Assembly (NCBI GenBank): GCA_903927935.1
Contig: CAIYOV010000128.1
Location: forward strand, 1 to 45,641
Origin: an uncultured Bacteroidota bacterium
Lineage (GTDB): Bacteria > Bacteroidota > Bacteroidia > Chitinophagales > LD1
Direction: 5' to 3'
DNA length: 45,641 nucleotides
Made by a program: the position numbers and the translations under genes. How positions within the stretch are numbered: position 1 is the first letter of the stretch; every line of letters begins with the position of its first letter. Shown in pieces: positions 42,743 through 45,641 of the stretch. The notes beneath the pieces were generated by a model. That model did not search any database, was not told where the DNA came from, and saw only the letters and a list, made by a program, of their open reading frames with translations.

Positions 42743-43816
42743 ATGTCTCCACTCGCACGTAAAGTTGTCGGCACTTGGTTGTTCCTTGGTTGTTGCATGG
42801 TTTTTTTTCAGGTGCTGGTTGGTGGTGTAACGCGGCTAACAGAATCTGGATTATCCATCACGCAATGGAAGCCGCTGAAAGGAATTGTTCCTCCGCTCAA
42901 CGAGCAGGAATGGAATGCCGATTTTGAACTCTACAAACAGAAAGTGCAGTACAAAACCATCAACGAGGGAATGACGTTGGGTGAATTCAAATGGATTTTC
43001 TTTTGGGAATACTTTCACCGCTTCTGGGCGCGCTTTATGGGTTTTGTTTTCATCATTCCATTTGCATTTTTTGTTTTAAAAGGATGGCTCGACAAAAATT
43101 TTTTCCGGAAAATAGGAGTGCTCTTTTTATGGGGTGGATTGATTGGTATTTACGGATGGATAATGGTGAAAAGCGGATTGACCGGCATGTTTGTTCCACC
43201 GGTTCATTTGAGTATTCACTTAGTGCTTGCTCTTAGCTTATTCGCTTATCTGGTTTACATGACGCTTTCTGTTTACCGAGGGCACGACAGTTGGCAGTTG
43301 GCAGTTGACGGTTCGCAGTTAATACAACTCAGAAGATTGTCGGTAGCAATTTTGATTGTGTTATTTCTTCAAATTTTCCTCGGGGGAATTGTTTCGGGAA
43401 TGAAAGCCGGTTTAGCTTATCCTACCTGGCCCGATATGAACGGACAAATAATTCCATCAGCACTTTATCAATTGCAGCCAAGCACAGTTGGCTTCACGCA
43501 ATACAATGCACAGGATTTTTGGGGAAGAACTTTTATTCAGTTTACTCACCGATTTTCTGCTTACACGCTTGTAGTGCTTGTGGTAGTTTTCTTTTTCAAA
43601 AGCAGAAATATTACTGCGGATAAGTTTTTCAAACTTGGTTTAAATCTGTTTCCTGTAATTGTTTTGTTGCAGGCTGCTATCGGAATAATTACTGTGCTGA
43701 AATGCGTAGGTAAGATTCCGGTATTCTATGGTGTGCTTCATCAGGCTGGAGCAATGCTTTTAATCGCAGCAACCGTTTTTGTTATTTTCCACCTTACAAA
43801 ACCCGAAACAAAATAA
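42743..43816 (+). CDS. ctaA: Heme A synthase (COX15/CtaA family)
   Basis: 357 aa, polytopic. GGVTRLTESGLSITQWKP near the N-terminus, and conserved His in TM helices (YFHRF, FTHRFSAY, VLHQAGA). Confidence 0.85.
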   Translation: MSPLARKVVGTWLFLGCCMVFFQVLVGGVTRLTESGLSITQWKPLKGIVPPLNEQEWNADFELYKQKVQYKTINEGMTLGEFKWIFFWEYFHRFWARFMGFVFIIPFAFFVLKGWLDKNFFRKIGVLFLWGGLIGIYGWIMVKSGLTGMFVPPVHLSIHLVLALSLFAYLVYMTLSVYRGHDSWQLAVDGSQLIQLRRLSVAILIVLFLQIFLGGIVSGMKAGLAYPTWPDMNGQIIPSALYQLQPSTVGFTQYNAQDFWGRTFIQFTHRFSAYTLVVLVVVFFFKSRNITADKFFKLGLNLFPVIVLLQAAIGIITVLKCVGKIPVFYGVLHQAGAMLLIAATVFVIFHLTKPETK

Positions 43817-43819
43817 GGC

Positions 43820-45109
43820 ATGACTGATTCCAACAAACAAAATCTCTGGCTTCGTTACGGAATTATCATTGTTGCATCCCTTGGTTATTTTGTCGATATC
43901 TACGACCTCATTCTTTTTAATGTAGTAAAGAAGGAAAGTCTGATGGCGGTGATGCAAAACGCCACGGCAGAAGAAATAAAGAACAATGGCTTGTTTCTTT
44001 TCAATATGCAGATGATAGGTATGTTGGCTGGCGGTTTGCTCTGGGGAATTCTGGGAGACAAACGTGGACGGCTTTCTGTTTTGTTTGGCTCTATTCTTCT
44101 TTATTCAGTTGCCAATATTGCGAATGCTTTTATTACTACAATCCCAATGTATGCGCTCGTTCGGGTAATTGCAGGTATAGGTTTAGCTGGTGAACTTGGC
44201 ACCGGAGTAACACTGGTTACCGAAACCATGCACCGCGAAAAGCGCGGTTACGGAACTATGATTATTGTTTCGTTTGGTGCGCTCGGTGCGGTGCTTGCGG
44301 CATTTGTTGGCGCATGGGGAGATTCATTGAGTATGTGGTTTGGAAGCCTTATTGGGCAACCGGTAGCTAAATGGCAGGCGGCTTATATAGTTGGTGGAAT
44401 TCTCGGCTTACTTTTATTGTTGCTCCGAATAGGAACTGTTGAATCGGGCATGTTTAAAACTGTCTTACAATCGGAAACAAAGCGAGGAGATTTCTTTCAT
44501 TTGTTCAAAAACAAAGAGCGGACAACAAAATATATTAAATGCATTTTGGTTGGTTTGCCCATTTGGTTTATTGTAGGAATTATTGTTGCCAATGCTGAAT
44601 TGATTTGGGGCAAAGAACTGGCCGTGCAGGGCACGGTAGAGAATGGGTTTGCGGTGATGTATTCATATATCGGGTTAAGCGTGGGTGATTTTTTTAGTGG
44701 GATTTTAAGCCAGATTTTGCGAAGCCGAAGAAAAGTGGTGATGCTTTATATCAGCTTTTGTGTGGCAGCGGTTATTTACTTTTTCTTTTTTGCGCACGGC
44801 ATTTCGCTTAACGGATTTTATTTTCTGTGCTTTTTGCTAGGTGCGGCCACCGGTTTCTGGGCTTTGTTTGTAACTATAGCGGCTGAACAATTCGGAACAA
44901 ATATCCGCTCCACCGTTACGAATACAGTGCCGAATTTTGTGCGCGGCTCGGTGCCGTTGATTACTTGGTCTTTTCAATCGTTAGTTGCATTGGCTTTCGG
45001 AAATATTATGAGTGCTTTTATAGTAGGTATGGTTTGTATGGCCCTTTCGTTTTGGGCAACGTATCATTCGCAGGAAACGTTTTCGAAAGATTTGGATTAT
45101 ACGGAATAG
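43820..45109 (+). CDS. MFS transporter
   Basis: 429 aa with about 12 TM segments. GDKRGR loop motif between TM2 and TM3. Confidence 0.8.
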   Translation: MTDSNKQNLWLRYGIIIVASLGYFVDIYDLILFNVVKKESLMAVMQNATAEEIKNNGLFLFNMQMIGMLAGGLLWGILGDKRGRLSVLFGSILLYSVANIANAFITTIPMYALVRVIAGIGLAGELGTGVTLVTETMHREKRGYGTMIIVSFGALGAVLAAFVGAWGDSLSMWFGSLIGQPVAKWQAAYIVGGILGLLLLLLRIGTVESGMFKTVLQSETKRGDFFHLFKNKERTTKYIKCILVGLPIWFIVGIIVANAELIWGKELAVQGTVENGFAVMYSYIGLSVGDFFSGILSQILRSRRKVVMLYISFCVAAVIYFFFFAHGISLNGFYFLCFLLGAATGFWALFVTIAAEQFGTNIRSTVTNTVPNFVRGSVPLITWSFQSLVALAFGNIMSAFIVGMVCMALSFWATYHSQETFSKDLDYTE

Positions 45110-45209
45110 CCTTAGGGTAAGCTAAAACACCATTTTTAACAGGCCAAACATTTTTTTGGCAAAGGGCGGGATGTTTTTACTTTCGCACCACATTTAAAAC
45201 CAAAAAGAC

Positions 45210-45449
45210 ATGTCAAACATTGCAGAAAGAGTAAAAAAAATTATCGTAGATAAGTTGGGTGTTGAAGAAAGCCAGGTTACCCCGGAGGCTAGCTTTACGA
45301 ACGACTTGGGCGCTGATTCGTTAGATACGGTTGAGCTGATTATGGAATTCGAAAAGGAATTCAACATCTCTATTCCAGACGAACAGGCAGAAACCATCGG
45401 TACGGTTGGGCAGGCCATCGAATATTTAGAGAAAACTGTAACTAAATAA
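45210..45449 (+). CDS. acpP: Acyl carrier protein
   Basis: 79 aa. Phosphopantetheine attachment motif [12 protein letters not shown]. Confidence 0.95.
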   Translation: MSNIAERVKKIIVDKLGVEESQVTPEASFTNDLGADSLDTVELIMEFEKEFNISIPDEQAETIGTVGQAIEYLEKTVTK

Positions 45450-45641
45450 TAGTTTTTAAACAAACTAAATGTGTTTGAATTAATTGCTTGATGATCATTT
45501 GAGTTCTATAACTATAGATAACTAAAATTAGAGTGATAAAAGTTTTAATAATCAACAAATAATATAAGTATTAGATTATTAAATTTTAAAACATAAAAGC
45601 AATATAAACAATTTGATTAATCTTCAAAATTAACTGCAAAA

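Noticed and set aside
1-45641. Mobile elements, prophage, defence systems, toxin-antitoxin pairs, tRNA/rRNA genes
   Set aside because: No integrase, transposase or recombinase motifs, no terminal inverted or direct repeats bracketing a segment, and no cloverleaf-like or rRNA-like sequence was noticed on either strand.

Overview
Chromosomal segment with Bacteroidota hallmarks: T9SS C-terminal sorting domains, many lipoprotein signals, TAnnTTTG-type -7 promoter elements and AT-rich intergenic DNA. I support 47 intact protein-coding genes and one pseudogene. I found no rRNA, tRNA, CRISPR array, transposase or integrase. Modules in order: (1) PAS histidine kinase plus an unusual REC-cNMP-HTH response regulator, and a fasciclin lipoprotein. 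(2) Lipoprotein plus tryptophanase-family lyase. (3) A nitrosative/N2O module: ric-rrf2, then cytochrome c, Sec-type (clade II) nosZ, a membrane protein and nosLDFY. (4) Housekeeping or miscellaneous genes: CoA-transferase, YhhN, SDR, CPBP protease, GH1 beta-glucosidase, beta-CASP MBL hydrolase and a decayed OsmC gene. (5) A dense minus-strand sulfur-trafficking island at about 20.8-27.2 kb. It holds a persulfide-dioxygenase-like MBL-rhodanese fusion, three further rhodanese genes, thioredoxin, a TPMT-like methyltransferase fused to an HMA domain, a half-size TauE, small Cys-containing membrane proteins and a Crp/Fnr regulator. (6) A CcoI/FixI-type P1B ATPase, a tandem Usp and a GDP-mannose-3,5-epimerase-like SDR. 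(7) A cluster of four T9SS-secreted hydrolase-fold proteins and a TonB-dependent receptor, interrupted by an 870-bp gene-free region carrying a GC-rich 21/42-bp tandem repeat. (8) ctaA, an MFS transporter and acpP. The most interesting signal is regulatory. Two distinct 14-bp Crp/Fnr-style palindromes recur at fixed distances (22-23 nt, or 44-45 nt) from -7 promoter elements. GTAAC-N4-GTTCC precedes all four transcription units of the sulfur island. A TTGAT/ATGAT-N4-ATCAT box precedes the nos, ric, fasciclin, ATPase and usp units. All family assignments come from reading motifs by eye; no database search or statistics were run.
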